Numbered from the stretch's first letter, positions 1 through 11,032 are shown. The stretch: 64,000 bases of DNA from Deltaproteobacteria bacterium (GCA_019306065.1 JAFDMF010000011.1:6311-70310); one strand, 5' to 3'. Notes: generated by a model from the letters alone, not told the origin. Translations and numbers: made by a program.

Positions 1-269
1 ACACTCTATCGGTTATAGTAACATTTGCGCCTTTTTCAATATCTTCCGGAATCGTTGCTCTTACATCTTTGGATTATCTGGGATTTGGACTTCCAGCGCC
101 TACGCCTAGCTGGGGCGAGCTTCTTGCTCAGGGTTCCGCAAACATGAGCGCATGGTGGATTTTATCTTCCGTAATTGCCGCTATGGCAATAGTATTAATT
201 GCAGTATCTTTTATAGGAGAGGCTGCAAGAGAAGCGTTTGATCCGAAGATGTATGCCATATATGAATAA
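1..269 (+). CDS. ABC transporter permease, C-terminal fragment (oligopeptide/dipeptide OppC/DppC-like); 5' end lies outside the window
   Basis: The frame is open from the window edge. LDYLGFGLPAPTPSWGELLAQG and the tail GEAAREAFDPKMY resemble the conserved C-terminus of peptide ABC permeases. Confidence 0.6.
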   Translation, partial: TLSVIVTFAPFSISSGIVALTSLDYLGFGLPAPTPSWGELLAQGSANMSAWWILSSVIAAMAIVLIAVSFIGEAAREAFDPKMYAIYE

Positions 270-332
270 TATTACAAACTTCAAACCGCGCTTCGAACCT
301 ATTTTTGTAAATCCATTATAGTTAAGATACAA

Positions 333-362
333 AGTAGAGACGTTGCATGCAACGTCTCTACT
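333..362. repeat. Perfect 30-nt palindrome (agtagagacgttgca|tgcaacgtctctact)
   Basis: Read directly: the 15-nt arms are exact reverse complements with no loop. It sits downstream of the permease gene and is followed at about 394-428 by a partial copy of the tagacacaaaaaa-aatgattat repeat module in reverse orientation. Confidence 0.9.
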
Positions 363-766
363 CTCTTCTTACAAAAAACTTTGGGCATCTCTTTTCATAA
401 TCATTCTTTTTTGTTTTTAAAATTTAACCGTCGGCGTTTTATATGAAAAAAATTTGTAAATAAGAGTAAATAATTATAAGGATATTTCATTTGTAACATA
501 TGTATACTTGCAAATATATGGGTTGATCAGTTGATAGAGCGAAGGATTAATTGTTTTATTTTGAATTTCAGATACAGTATAAAAAGGCAAAAAAGATATG
601 GTTAAAATGAAAAGAGCGCGGCTTATCACATGGGAATGGTTTGGAGAGCATGCTGCTGTCGAACAAAAAATAGTAGTTCCTCGTCCTGTTCCCCCTAAAA
701 TATAAAAAACAAATTTAATAATTTGATTTCTTTTGTCCTCAACTTAAAAACAATCTGTTATAAAAT

Positions 767-1480
767 TTAATTCTTTTCCGTAAACCTATATATCTTTTCC
801 CTATACTTATAAGAAAAAAAAATCAAAATTACGCACAAAAGAAAAACCGCCGCAAAATGCCAATACAATTTTTGAGAAACATAAGCTCCTTGAATACTTA
901 AAAGCAGAGTGCCCGGCATTCTTCCTATGGAAGACATTAACAGAAACAGCCCCCATCTCATCATTCCGCTTAATCCCAAAAAAAGGCAAAGTAAATCTTT
1001 AGGAAATCCTGGAAAAACAAAAAATATTAATATTACTATTATGCCTTCTCTTTGTAATAGAGTATTGAATTTATCCATATACTTTTCAGGGATAAGTTTT
1101 TTTATATATTTTTTTCCTAAAAAAGATCCCATTCCGAAATTGATAATAGAGCCTATTGATAATCCTATCGAAGAATATACAAATCCCCCAAAAACGCCAA
1201 AAATATAACCGCCTATAAACCCGGAAGCCTCACCCGGAATAGGGGCAAATATAACTTGAGCTATTTGTAAAAGTATAAAAATTGCAGGCGCCCCCGCCCC
1301 AAAAGAGGATATAAATTTTTCCACCTTTTCTTTATCGGATAACGCCTTATAATAATAGCTTATTTTGGCAATAATTTCGGCTCGGAACATATATAATAAT
1401 ATTATTGCCGCCAAAGCCAATAATCCTATAATAATATACAGTTTTGCTTTTTTATTCATATAAAAAACTACTTTTGTCAT
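767..1480 (-). CDS. TVP38/TMEM64 (DedA-related, SNARE-associated) family membrane protein
   Basis: 237 aa and multi-TM. QIAQVIFAPIPGEASGFIGGYIFG and FPGFPKDLLCLFLGLS are typical of this family. Confidence 0.6.
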   Translation of the reverse strand: MTKVVFYMNKKAKLYIIIGLLALAAIILLYMFRAEIIAKISYYYKALSDKEKVEKFISSFGAGAPAIFILLQIAQVIFAPIPGEASGFIGGYIFGVFGGFVYSSIGLSIGSIINFGMGSFLGKKYIKKLIPEKYMDKFNTLLQREGIIVILIFFVFPGFPKDLLCLFLGLSGMMRWGLFLLMSSIGRMPGTLLLSIQGAYVSQKLYWHFAAVFLLCVILIFFSYKYREKIYRFTEKN

Positions 1481-1685
1481 GTAATGTCAATGAGCGAAGC
1501 GAGAAAAAATCTCATAATAAAAATATCCCTGCCTAAATTTTAGACACAAAAAATAATGATTATGAAAGGAGATAACAATCTCCGAAAAGTTCGCTGGGTA
1601 ATAAAATATTTTGTTCGTTTTCAAGGCTTGCGAAAAACGGGCAAAATACAAAGTTAAACGGCGGACTTTAAACAGAGAAAACTTT
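1481..1685. repeat. Composite intergenic repeat copy (MITE-like modules); boundaries approximate
   Basis: Contains gtcaatgagcgaagcgagaaaaaatctcataataaaaat, tagacacaaaaaataatgattatgaaagg, ttgttcgttttcaaggcttgcgaaaaa and gggcaaaatacaaagt...ggactttaaacagagaaaac. All recur elsewhere in the window, for example at 16914-17162. Confidence 0.7.
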
Positions 1686-1688
1686 TAT

Positions 1689-2867
1689 TTAATTAAAAGC
1701 TTCTATAGCCGGCATTTGCTTTCCCGCCAAAAAGGATAAAAACGCCCCGCCTCCGGTAGATATGTAAGATACCTTTTCCGACAAACCTAATTTATTAATA
1801 GCAGCTACGGTATCTCCTCCGCCTATTAAAGTAAATGCGGATGTTTCTGTTATTATGTCTGCCATTGACTGGGTTCCATATCCGAAAGGATAAAAAACTT
1901 CAAAAATTCCGAATGTTCCGCTCCATATTATTGTTTTTGCGTCTTTAAGCGCCTTTTGAAAGGTTTTAAAACTTTTCAATCCTATATCTAACGCCATGTA
2001 GTCGAGCGGAATGTCATTTATGTCGAATTTGCCGAAATCGGCATCCGAAGATATTTTTTGCGCGGCAATGCAGTCTTGAGGAAAATAAAGCGGGATATTT
2101 TTTTGCTCCGCAATCTCCATTATTGCTTTAGCCCCTTCTATTGCCTCGTTATCTATTTTGGAAGCCGCCATATCAATTCCTTTTGCTTTTAAAAAGGTAT
2201 TTGCCACAGCTCCGGCTATTATGATTTTGTCTGCATAATTAAGCAGGTTTTTTAACGCGGCTATTTTGCTTGATACTTTTGCCCCTCCTATTATCGCTAC
2301 AAGGGGACGCTGCGGGTTTTGCATTACCTTTTTAAGATAATCGTATTCTTGATAAAGCAAAAAACCAGCGCATGAAACCTTTGCAAACTTTGTAATTGCA
2401 TATACCGAAGCATGCGCTCGGTGAGCAAGCCCGAAAGCGTCGTTTACATATATATCGCATAGATCCGCAAGCTGTTTTGCAAAATCCGTATCATTTTTTT
2501 CTTCGGATGAATAAAATCTTAAATTTTCCAAAAATAAAATTTCGCCGGATTTTATATTATCAATAAGTTTTTTACCTTCGCTGCTTGTAAAATCATCGCA
2601 AAAAACAACTTTTTTTCCGAGTATATCAGATAACCTCTTTACTACCGGCTTTAAACTTAATTGAGGGTTATAACTGCCTTTGGGTCTTCCGAGATGCGAG
2701 GCTATTATTATAGCCGAATTATTATCAATAAGATGTTTTAGTGTGGGAAGCGCTCTTTTTATTCTGGAATCGTCTGTTATATTTAATTGCTCGTCCATAG
2801 GAACGTTAAAATCCGTTCTTAAAAACACCTTTTTTTGATTACAATCTATATCTTTTATATGTTTCAT
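1689..2867 (-). CDS. pgk: Phosphoglycerate kinase
   Basis: 392 aa. RTDFNVP, SHLGRPKG and GGGDT / STGGGA motifs are present. Confidence 0.95.
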   Translation of the reverse strand: MKHIKDIDCNQKKVFLRTDFNVPMDEQLNITDDSRIKRALPTLKHLIDNNSAIIIASHLGRPKGSYNPQLSLKPVVKRLSDILGKKVVFCDDFTSSEGKKLIDNIKSGEILFLENLRFYSSEEKNDTDFAKQLADLCDIYVNDAFGLAHRAHASVYAITKFAKVSCAGFLLYQEYDYLKKVMQNPQRPLVAIIGGAKVSSKIAALKNLLNYADKIIIAGAVANTFLKAKGIDMAASKIDNEAIEGAKAIMEIAEQKNIPLYFPQDCIAAQKISSDADFGKFDINDIPLDYMALDIGLKSFKTFQKALKDAKTIIWSGTFGIFEVFYPFGYGTQSMADIITETSAFTLIGGGDTVAAINKLGLSEKVSYISTGGGAFLSFLAGKQMPAIEAFN

Positions 2868-3115
2868 TTTTTTTCCTCCTTACAAAGCGCTTTTTTTTGA
2901 GACCATCTTTGAAAAAAACTTAATTTTCCGCTTGTATATGCCCTATCTACCATCTCCTCTTTCAATTTTATACCCTCTTTGCCGTCTGCAACCGCTGCTT
3001 TTAAGCATTTAATGCGAAAAGAGCAGTAAAAGCAAGAATCCGGGGTATGACGAAGCCCGTCCTCTTTTTTGGGAAATACTTTTTCTAATTTTCCGTAACA
3101 ATACGGTTTATCCAT
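2864..3115 (-). CDS. Hypothetical Cys-rich small protein (83 aa)
   Basis: The ORF overlaps the radC stop by 8 nt and the pgk start by 4 nt. It has four Cys residues (C6, C28, C31, C37). No family recognised. Confidence 0.45.
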   Translation of the reverse strand: MDKPYCYGKLEKVFPKKEDGLRHTPDSCFYCSFRIKCLKAAVADGKEGIKLKEEMVDRAYTSGKLSFFQRWSQKKALCKEEKK

Positions 3116-3824
3116 CTTTTTTTAATCCTTCTTCTATTATTTTCATCTCTCCTTTATCCGCAAAGCTGTAATATTTACCGGTTCCTATTATAATGTGATC
3201 TAATAATTTTATATCTACGGTTTTTAATGCGGAGACTATTTTTTTTGTTATGTTAATATCGGATTGGGATGGTTCCGGCTCCCCTGAAGGATGATTATGA
3301 ACTAATATTACCGAGGCGGCTTTATTTTTTATAGCGGCTTTTACTATTTCTCTGGGATATACATGGTTTATTCCTATGGAGCCTTCGGAGATAGTTTCCG
3401 TATTTAATATGTTGTTTTTTATATCCAAATATATTGCCAAACAGTATTCTTTATCTTTATGACGCAGATTAAAATAAAGATAATCAAACAGGTCTTCAGC
3501 GCTTTTTATAGCATTTTTTCCTTTTAATCTTTCTTTAAGGTATCTGTTTGCAGCAGCTTTTATCAGTTTTATTCCGAAAATATTTTTTTTGCCTATTCCG
3601 TTTATTTCAAAAAGTTCAGAATCAGCGGCTTCAATAACGCCGGGCAGGGTTTTAAACTTTGCCAAAGCCTGTTTTGCAGACTGTTTGCAGTCTTTTCTGG
3701 GGGTTCCTAATGTCAAAAGAAGCTCTATTACTTCATAATCTGCAAAACCTGTCAAACCGTTTTGCAAAAATTTATCTCTTAATCTTTCTCTATGTCCTTC
3801 TCCTTTATGTCTGCTCGAACTCAT
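3108..3824 (-). CDS. radC: RadC-family JAB/MPN domain protein
   Basis: 238 aa. It has an N-terminal HhH-like region and the C-terminal motif LVHNHPSGEPEPSQSD. Confidence 0.85.
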   Translation of the reverse strand: MSSSRHKGEGHRERLRDKFLQNGLTGFADYEVIELLLTLGTPRKDCKQSAKQALAKFKTLPGVIEAADSELFEINGIGKKNIFGIKLIKAAANRYLKERLKGKNAIKSAEDLFDYLYFNLRHKDKEYCLAIYLDIKNNILNTETISEGSIGINHVYPREIVKAAIKNKAASVILVHNHPSGEPEPSQSDINITKKIVSALKTVDIKLLDHIIIGTGKYYSFADKGEMKIIEEGLKKDG

Positions 3825-4839
3825 GCTTTAGGTCTCTTGTCATAAGTTTTATAAGCGCATCCATAGGCGCCATATCTTTATATAATATATGATATACCGC
3901 ATTTGAGATGGGCATTTCTATATTTAATCTTTTGGATAGGTTATAAACGGATTCCGAATTTTTTACCCCTTCTGCTATCATCTTACTGTTTTCCGTTATC
4001 TCTTTTAATTTTTCACCTTCCCCGACTCTTTTGCCGAGTATGTAGTTTCTGCTTAAATTTCCCGTGCAGGTAAGTATTAAATCTCCGGCTCCAGCCAATC
4101 CCAAAAATGTTTCCGGTTTAGCTCCCATTTTAAGCCCGAGACGTCTTATTTCCGCAAGCCCGCGGGAAATAAGCGCTGCTCTGGTATTCAACCCTAACTT
4201 AAGCCCATCTATCATTCCTGATGCTATGGCTATTACGTTTTTAATTGCTCCGCCTATTTCTGTTCCTATAAGATCGTTGTTTGTATATACCCTGAAATAA
4301 TCGGTTGCAAATATAAGCTGTATTTTTTTAGCAACGCTTTGATCACAACAGGATGCTACTATTGCGGTAGGCGTTTTTTTAGCCACCTCTCTTGCAAAGC
4401 TGGGTCCGGAAATCGCCGCAAAATTTTTCTCCGATATTTTTGTAATAACCTCTTTTAATACCCGAGACATTGTATATGAGGTTTGGTTTTCTATCCCTTT
4501 GGAAGCGGTTAATATTACTGTTTGCGGGCTTACATACTTTTGTATCTCGCCTGCTATGTTTCTTATAAAATGAGAAGGAACTACTATAAGAAGAATATCC
4601 TTTTCGGATACCGCTTTTTCAAAATTATTTGTAGGAATTATATTGTCCGAAAGGAGTATACCCGGTAAAAATAATTTGTTTAATCTTTCGGTTTTAATCT
4701 GCTCGACTATATCTTTTTCAAAAACCCACAAATCAATTTTATAACCTTTTAATGCCAGAAGATTGGCAAGAGCCGTCCCCCAGCTTCCTCCTCCTATTAC
4801 TCCTATTTTAAATTCCGTTTGGTTCAATTGCAGTCTCAT
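3805..4839 (-). CDS. gpsA: NAD(P)H-dependent glycerol-3-phosphate dehydrogenase
   Basis: 344 aa. It has an N-terminal [13 protein letters not shown] Rossmann motif and a GpsA-like body ([19 protein letters not shown]). Confidence 0.9.
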   Translation of the reverse strand: MRLQLNQTEFKIGVIGGGSWGTALANLLALKGYKIDLWVFEKDIVEQIKTERLNKLFLPGILLSDNIIPTNNFEKAVSEKDILLIVVPSHFIRNIAGEIQKYVSPQTVILTASKGIENQTSYTMSRVLKEVITKISEKNFAAISGPSFAREVAKKTPTAIVASCCDQSVAKKIQLIFATDYFRVYTNNDLIGTEIGGAIKNVIAIASGMIDGLKLGLNTRAALISRGLAEIRRLGLKMGAKPETFLGLAGAGDLILTCTGNLSRNYILGKRVGEGEKLKEITENSKMIAEGVKNSESVYNLSKRLNIEMPISNAVYHILYKDMAPMDALIKLMTRDLKHEFEQT

Positions 4840-7273
4840 CCTCCTCGTCTTCCATTACTCTTGCTACGCTTACTGTTTTTTCATTTTCCTTATAATTTGT
4901 ATCCATAAGTTTTACGCCCTGGGTATTTCTGCTTATAACGGATATTGCTTTAACCGATATTCTTATAAGCTTGCCGGAATTTGCAATAAGCATAAGATTG
5001 TCTTTATCATCTACCAAAAGTACGGATACTACTTTGCCGTTTCTGTCGCTTGTTTTGATTGTAATTACCCCTTTTCCGCCTCGTTTATGAATCGGATATT
5101 CGCCAACTGCGGTTTTTTTGCCAAAACCGTTTTCGGTTACCGTAAATAGGGTCTTGCCATGATCTGTTACCTCCATACCGATTATGCTGTCTTTTTGGGC
5201 AAACTTCATTCCTATAACTCCAGACGAAACTCTTCCCGTAGGACGAACATCGGTTTCTCTAAAATGTATGGTTTTGCCAAGTAAAGAGGTTAAAAATATG
5301 TTCCTTTCGCCGTTTGTGATGCGCACTGATATTAATTCATCCTTTGGATTAAGCTTTAAGGCTATTATTCCGTTTGTTCTGGGGTTCGAATAAGCCATAA
5401 TATCGGTTTTTTTAACAAGCCCTTTTTTGGTAGCCATAATAAGATAATTACCCGGCTCAAAGGATGGAACCGCTAAAACCGTAGCGAGTTTTTCTCCTTC
5501 TTGGAGGTTAAGAAGATTAACTATGACATAACCTTTTGCGGTTCTTCCGACTTCCGGTATATCATATACTTTACGCCAATATACTTTGCCGAAATTAGTA
5601 AAAAATAAGAAGGTATGATGAGTTGATGCTATGAAAATGTCTTTTACAAAATCTTCCTCTTTTGTACCCATAGCGGCTTTCCCTTTTCCGCCTCTGTTTT
5701 GAATTCTATATGTGGTAAGAGGCGCTCTTTTTATGTATCCGCTTTGAGATATTGTAATTACCATATCCTCTTCTTTTATCATGTCTTCTATGGTTATCTC
5801 TTTTGCTTCATCTACTATGCGGGTTCTTCTGGCGTCTCCGAATTCTGAGACTATTTGATCAAGATCCTCTTTTATCATGTTAAGAACAATCCGCTCGTTA
5901 CCCAATATCTCCTTATATACAGCTATCTGTTTTATAATCTCTTCGTATTCTCCGATAAGCTTTTCCCGTTCTAACCCAGTAAGCCTTTGGAGCCTCATAT
6001 CAAGTATTGCCTGCGCCTGTATTTGAGTAAGCGAAAAGTTTTTTATAAGTCCTGCCTTTGCCTCTGCAGGATTTTCGGAATTTCGTATTAAAGTTATAAC
6101 CGTATTAAGATTATCAAGGGCTATTTTAAGTCCTTCTAATATATGGGCTCTTGCTTCCGCTTTTTTTAATTCGTATTTGGTGCGCCTTGTTATTATATTT
6201 TTTCTGTGCTCTATAAAAAGTTGAAGTATCTTTTTCAGGTTTAAAAGCTCCGGCTTTCCGTTTACTATTGCAAGCATTATTATACCAAAGCTTAAACTCA
6301 TTCGGGTATGTTTGTATAGCTGGTTTATGATTATTTCCGGTATCTGCCCTTTTTTTAAAGCTATGGCTATTCTCATACCGTCTCTATCAGATTCGTCTCG
6401 AACATATTTTATGCCTTCTATATCTTTGCTTCTTACCAGCGAAGCTATTTTTTCTATTAAAGCCGCCTTATTAACCTGATACGGAATCTCTTTTACTATT
6501 ATGGTTTCCTGATCGCCTCTCGTATCTTTTTCAACTATTATGTGGCAGCCGAGTTTTATTATTCCGCGTCCTGTTTTGTATGCTTCGTAAATTCCTTTTT
6601 TGCCGTGTATAATACCAGCCGTAGGAAAATCGGGTCCTGGTATTATTTTTATAATCTCTTCTATTGTTAATTGCGGGTTATCTATAAGGGCTTTTATTCC
6701 TATAACTATTTCAGAAAGATTATGAGGCGGAACATTTGTAGTCATTCCAACCGCTATGCCCGAAGAGCCGTTTATAAGAAAATTAGGCAGTTTTGCAGGC
6801 AGAACTGAAGGCTCCGTTAAGGATTCGTCATAGTTTAAAACAAAATCTACGGTTTCTTTATCAAGCTCATCTATCATCAGATGAGCTAATCGTTTCATTC
6901 TTACTTCCGTATATCTCATAGCCGCCGGAGAATCTCCGTCAACTGAGCCGAAGTTGCCCTGCCCGTCTATCACAGGGTACCTTAAAGAGAAATTCTGCGC
7001 CATTCGGACTAACGCGTCGTAAACTGCAGTATCTCCGTGAGGATGATATTTACCTATAACATCTCCTACTATTCTTGCGGATTTTTTATACGGCTTATTC
7101 CAGTCATTTTTTAATTCTCTCATCGCATATAATATGCGTCTATGAACAGGTTTTAATCCATCTCGTATATCCGGCAAAGCCCTACCTACAATTACGCTCA
7201 TAGCATAGTCCAAATAAGATTTTTTCATCTCTTCTTCTATGCCGACTTGAATAAAATCTTCATTAGTTATCAT
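4808..7273 (-). CDS. gyrA: DNA gyrase subunit A
   Basis: 821 aa. [12 protein letters not shown] and AAMRYTE (catalytic Tyr) are present, followed by C-terminal beta-pinwheel repeats. Confidence 0.97.
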   Translation of the reverse strand: MITNEDFIQVGIEEEMKKSYLDYAMSVIVGRALPDIRDGLKPVHRRILYAMRELKNDWNKPYKKSARIVGDVIGKYHPHGDTAVYDALVRMAQNFSLRYPVIDGQGNFGSVDGDSPAAMRYTEVRMKRLAHLMIDELDKETVDFVLNYDESLTEPSVLPAKLPNFLINGSSGIAVGMTTNVPPHNLSEIVIGIKALIDNPQLTIEEIIKIIPGPDFPTAGIIHGKKGIYEAYKTGRGIIKLGCHIIVEKDTRGDQETIIVKEIPYQVNKAALIEKIASLVRSKDIEGIKYVRDESDRDGMRIAIALKKGQIPEIIINQLYKHTRMSLSFGIIMLAIVNGKPELLNLKKILQLFIEHRKNIITRRTKYELKKAEARAHILEGLKIALDNLNTVITLIRNSENPAEAKAGLIKNFSLTQIQAQAILDMRLQRLTGLEREKLIGEYEEIIKQIAVYKEILGNERIVLNMIKEDLDQIVSEFGDARRTRIVDEAKEITIEDMIKEEDMVITISQSGYIKRAPLTTYRIQNRGGKGKAAMGTKEEDFVKDIFIASTHHTFLFFTNFGKVYWRKVYDIPEVGRTAKGYVIVNLLNLQEGEKLATVLAVPSFEPGNYLIMATKKGLVKKTDIMAYSNPRTNGIIALKLNPKDELISVRITNGERNIFLTSLLGKTIHFRETDVRPTGRVSSGVIGMKFAQKDSIIGMEVTDHGKTLFTVTENGFGKKTAVGEYPIHKRGGKGVITIKTSDRNGKVVSVLLVDDKDNLMLIANSGKLIRISVKAISVISRNTQGVKLMDTNYKENEKTVSVARVMEDEEDETAIEPNGI

Positions 7274-7289
7274 TAACGAGCCCTTTATT

Positions 7290-8357
7290 TTAAGTTGTTA
7301 TAAACCTTTTATAGTTTGAATGATATATAGATGTTAAGGTTAAAAAAGCGGTAATTAACAATGGTCCGTAAATTATTCCCAATATTCCGAAAAGCTTTAA
7401 ACCGCCTACAACAGATAAAAACACCAGCAAAGGATGCAACTGCACTCTGTCTCCTACAATTTTCGGCTTAAAAACATACTCCATGCCGCCGGATATTACT
7501 ATATAAAAAATTAAAAAAAGTATTGCCGAAGTTATTTTTCCTATTAAAAAAAAATATCCCGCTGCAGGTATAAATACCAGCCCTATGCCAAGTATAGGCA
7601 TAAACGCTAAAAGACCCATTATTACGCCCCATAAAACGGGAGATTCCAATCCGAAAACAGCAAAAAGTATGCCTCCTAAAACTCCTTGTATTATTCCGCC
7701 TAATCCGTTTCCAACTAGTATTGCAGAAGCCATGTTTTTAAACTTTATCATAAGCTCGTCTGTCTCTTCTTTACGCAAAGGAAAAAGCTCTTTTATAAAG
7801 TTTATAAGCCTACGTATATCTATTAATAAAAAATAGACTATTAAAATCATAAAGAAAAAATTGATTAAAAACTTTAAAAGATTGGAGGCTACTCCGCTTG
7901 CCTGCTTATAAAGAAACATTCCTACTACTTTGCCAAGTTCGGTTATGGTATCTTTTAACTGCTCCGCAGAAATTTGCATGGAAAAATTGGATAAAAGCAT
8001 ATTCGCTCTGGTAAGAAGATCGGTTTGTTCTAAAATCGCCTGCATCTTTTCCTTAAACACAGCAGTTTTTGCCATTAAATATAAATTATACGCTTCGTTT
8101 GATAATACTCCTATAAAAAATAAAAAAGGTCCTAATATTGTAAAAAATATAATGAGGCATGTAAGCGCCGAAGCAAGAGAAGGCTTTAGCTTTTTGGTAA
8201 AAATATTATATAACGGTTTAAATATGCCCGTAACAAGTATGGCAATAAGTATAACCGATAAAAACGGCCATAATAAAAAGCCCGTTAAAAATGTGGATAT
8301 AACAAACAGGGTTATGAAAAATCCTAAAATTATTCCCCCTGAAGACTCTTTTTTCAT
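7290..8357 (-). CDS. AI-2E family transporter (PerM/YhhT-like permease)
   Basis: 355 aa, multi-TM, with a family-typical C-terminal half ([25 protein letters not shown]). Confidence 0.8.
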   Translation of the reverse strand: MKKESSGGIILGFFITLFVISTFLTGFLLWPFLSVILIAILVTGIFKPLYNIFTKKLKPSLASALTCLIIFFTILGPFLFFIGVLSNEAYNLYLMAKTAVFKEKMQAILEQTDLLTRANMLLSNFSMQISAEQLKDTITELGKVVGMFLYKQASGVASNLLKFLINFFFMILIVYFLLIDIRRLINFIKELFPLRKEETDELMIKFKNMASAILVGNGLGGIIQGVLGGILFAVFGLESPVLWGVIMGLLAFMPILGIGLVFIPAAGYFFLIGKITSAILFLIFYIVISGGMEYVFKPKIVGDRVQLHPLLVFLSVVGGLKLFGILGIIYGPLLITAFLTLTSIYHSNYKRFITT

Positions 8358-8465
8358 TCTTTATAAGCCTTTAATCATACGCACATACAAAGTAAAGACG
8401 CTTAATACAGCATCTCTACGGATTAGATTCTTAATTATATAATCACATTTCGGATAATTAATTAT

Positions 8466-8562
8466 GAAGTTTCTCCTCGCTTCGCTCATCGAAATGACAC
8501 GGCGCAAAAACTTCCTTCCTGTTCTGTCGAGTGAAGCAAAAAATCCCTTTATTATTTTTATA
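8466..8562. repeat. MITE-like inverted-repeat element copy
   Basis: The left arm gtttctcctcgcttcgctcatcgaaatgaca and right arm ctgttctgtcgagtgaagcaaaaaatccc are approximate reverse complements. The track ORF 8464-8649 is an artefact of this repeat. Confidence 0.7.
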
Positions 8563-8679
8563 TTTATATTGGTTTGGAGATATCCGAATTTGTTTGCTCC
8601 GCTTCTTGCTTATCAAACTTCAGACAATCATTTTTTATATTTTGATTAAATAACGCAATATAGCAATGCTGCGCTATTA

Positions 8680-8835
8680 CTATTTGCTTAAAAAGGCGCC
8701 TGCAGTAAATAAAAGTATTATCTCATATATGCACATAGGAATAAAACCGCCGAAAATAGAATAAATTATGCCGCCGCCTACTATAGCGGGCATTCCGCAA
8801 AAAACCAATATGCCTAACTTTCTGCTGATATTCAT
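8680..8835 (-). CDS. Possible small hydrophobic protein (51 aa)
   Basis: ATG is preceded by aaaaggagttaaaattataaa (a strong SD). Translation: MNISRKLGILVFCGMPAIVGGGIIYSIFGGFIPMCIYEIILLFTAGAFLSK. It lies directly downstream of the thiolase gene and is below the ORF-track size cut-off. Confidence 0.35.
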   Translation of the reverse strand: MNISRKLGILVFCGMPAIVGGGIIYSIFGGFIPMCIYEIILLFTAGAFLSK

Positions 8836-8861
8836 TTTATAATTTTAACTCCTTTTAAAGT

Positions 8862-10139
8862 TTATCTTTCTACAATCATAGCCATGCCCATTCCGCCGCC
8901 TATACACATTGTAATAAGACCTGTGGAATAATCTTTTCTTATCATCTGATTTGCGCCTGTTACAAGCTGCCTTGCTCCCGTAGCTCCTATAGGATGCCCT
9001 AACGAAATTCCGCTTCCGAGTTCGTTAGGTTTATCTGTCGCTATTTTAAGTTCTCTCATACATCCTATAGCCTGTGAAGCAAAAGCCTCATTAAGCTCTA
9101 TAAGCTGAATATCGGATAATTCCATACCTGCAAGCTTTAAAGCTTTTTTTACTGCAGGAACAAGACCTAACCCCATGTATGCAGGGTCTATTGCTCCCGA
9201 AGCAAAAGATTTTATCTTTACAATAGGCGCAAGTCCTAACTCTTTTGCTTTATCCGCGCTCATAACGCAAAGCGCTGCGGCTCCGTCGTTTATCCCCGAA
9301 GCGTTTCCGGCGGTTACCGTTCCGTCTTTTTTAAATGCAGGTCTTAATCCGCTCATCTTTTCAATAGTGGTTTCCATAGGTCTTTCGTCTGTTTTAACAA
9401 CAATATCCCCTTTTCTACCTTTTATAACAACCGAAGATATTTCCTGCTCAAAAAGCCCCTCTTTTATAGCCGCCATAGCCCGATTATGACTTAACAAACC
9501 GAGCTCGTCCTGTTCTTGTCTGCTTATATTATACATAGAAGCAATATTTTCCGCTGTCATACCCATATGGTAGCCGTAAAAAATTTCATAAAGCCCGTCA
9601 AATACCATCAGATCATAAATGTCGCCTACTCCGGTAAGCTCCATTCTATGCCCCCACCTTGCTTTAGGCAAAGCCATAGGCGCAAGGCTCATATTCTCTT
9701 GCCCTCCGGCTATAATAACGTCAGCGCCTCCGCTCATAATAGAAGCGGCAGCCAAAGCTACGGCTTTAAGCCCAGAAGCGCATACTTTATTTATAGTATA
9801 AGCAGGAGTCTCTTTTAAAATACCAGCTTTTATCATTGCTTGCCTTGCCGGATTTTGCCCGAGCCCTGCCGTAAGAACATTGCCCATTATTACCTCGTCT
9901 ATCTCAACGGGCATAAAATCTTCGCTCCAGTCGTAAGCCTTTGTTTCAAGCTCGATCATCCCTTTATCTTTAAGAGTAGCCGGCGAATAGCTTTTATCTG
10001 CTTTCGGTTTTATTTTTACATTTTTTAAAACATCTTTTATTACTATGGAACCAAGTTGCACGGCAGAAACGCTTTTCAAGGTTCCTCCGAAACTTCCTAC
10101 CGCAGTTCTTGCCCCGCTTACAATAACAGCTTCTCTCAT
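8862..10139 (-). CDS. Acetyl-CoA C-acetyltransferase (thiolase II family)
   Basis: 425 aa. It has the active-site region NKVCASGLKAV and C-terminal NELGSGISLGHPIGATGAR and CIGGGMG. Confidence 0.9.
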   Translation of the reverse strand: MREAVIVSGARTAVGSFGGTLKSVSAVQLGSIVIKDVLKNVKIKPKADKSYSPATLKDKGMIELETKAYDWSEDFMPVEIDEVIMGNVLTAGLGQNPARQAMIKAGILKETPAYTINKVCASGLKAVALAAASIMSGGADVIIAGGQENMSLAPMALPKARWGHRMELTGVGDIYDLMVFDGLYEIFYGYHMGMTAENIASMYNISRQEQDELGLLSHNRAMAAIKEGLFEQEISSVVIKGRKGDIVVKTDERPMETTIEKMSGLRPAFKKDGTVTAGNASGINDGAAALCVMSADKAKELGLAPIVKIKSFASGAIDPAYMGLGLVPAVKKALKLAGMELSDIQLIELNEAFASQAIGCMRELKIATDKPNELGSGISLGHPIGATGARQLVTGANQMIRKDYSTGLITMCIGGGMGMAMIVER

Positions 10140-10294
10140 ATTTTTTGTCTCCTAATTATATTATCAAGGCTTTGCAAAAAGCCGTATTAAAATCTTATTT
10201 TTTAGTAAAATATAAAATAAAACCTTTGACTTTATCTGTTTTTTTTATATTAATATTATCGTTATGTCAATGGTAGTAATATTAAACTTAACGC

Positions 10295-11032
10295 ATGGAG
10301 AATGTTTTGTTAAAAAAAATATTTTTGATCTTTATCTTTTTATTATTGGTTATAGCAGGCTGCGTAAAACCGCCGCAGAAAACCCAACCCGGATATCCCC
10401 CGCCTTATAAAATCGGAAATAAATGGTATCAGCCACTTCCGGACTCAAGAGGATTTACCGAAGAAGGCATAGCCTCTTGGTACGGGAAAGCTTTTCACGG
10501 AAAAAAGACTGCAAACGGAGAGGTTTATAACATGTATGGAATAAGCGCCGCTCATAAAACCCTTCCGCTCGGCACTATGGTCCGCGTTCATAATTTGGAA
10601 AATAACAAAAAATTAAATGTCAGAATAAATGACAGAGGACCTTTTATTGAAGGCAGAATAATCGATCTTTCTTACGAAGCCGCCAAACTGCTCGGAGTTG
10701 CCGCTCCCGGAACCGCCCGCGTAAAAATTGCCGCCATGAACATTGTTCAATCAGATAATATTATATCCAATAAAAAAAAGAAACCGATAGAATTTAAAGA
10801 AGGCGATTTTTATATTCAAGTAGGCGCGTTTAAAGAAAGGCAGAATGCCGAAAGTTTAAAAAGAACGATTCCTATAAAAAATAAAACAATACTTACAACC
10901 ACAGAAGAACAAAACGGAGTAATTTATCATAAAGTAAAAGTAGTAGGAATTAAAACCTTTACAAAAGCGCTTGAATACGAAAGGTATCTTTTAAACAGGG
11001 GTTATAAAGGAATTTTTATAGTCTCCAAATAA
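10295..11032 (+). CDS. rlpA: Septal ring lytic transglycosylase RlpA-family lipoprotein with C-terminal SPOR domain
   Basis: It has a lipobox-like LLVIAGC, the DPBB core GIASWYG...GKKTANGEVY...AAHKTLPLGT...V.INDRGPF, and a SPOR-like tail (YIQVGAF). Confidence 0.85.
   Translation: MENVLLKKIFLIFIFLLLVIAGCVKPPQKTQPGYPPPYKIGNKWYQPLPDSRGFTEEGIASWYGKAFHGKKTANGEVYNMYGISAAHKTLPLGTMVRVHNLENNKKLNVRINDRGPFIEGRIIDLSYEAAKLLGVAAPGTARVKIAAMNIVQSDNIISNKKKKPIEFKEGDFYIQVGAFKERQNAESLKRTIPIKNKTILTTTEEQNGVIYHKVKVVGIKTFTKALEYERYLLNRGYKGIFIVSK

Noticed and set aside
599-706. 35-aa ORF MVKMKRARLITWEWFGEHAAVEQKIVVPRPVPPKI in the 500-nt spacer upstream of the DedA-like gene
   Set aside because: It has no convincing SD and no recognisable motif, and I cannot distinguish it from chance.
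4763-8442. Numerous antisense or alternative-frame ORFs inside gyrA, the AI-2E gene, thiolase, EF-G, pnp, infB, nusA, mod/res and the ABC exporter
   Set aside because: All are shadows of long, well-supported genes on the opposite strand or in another frame, with biased low-complexity translations.
8464-8649. Track ORFs lying inside repeat copies (8464-8649, 17018-17251, 32955-33146, 55443-55643, 55457-55696)
   Set aside because: Their sequences are the translated MITE arms (for example ..LLASLIEMT.., ..MSMSAVRRNF..), which recur in both orientations and different frames. They are not genes.
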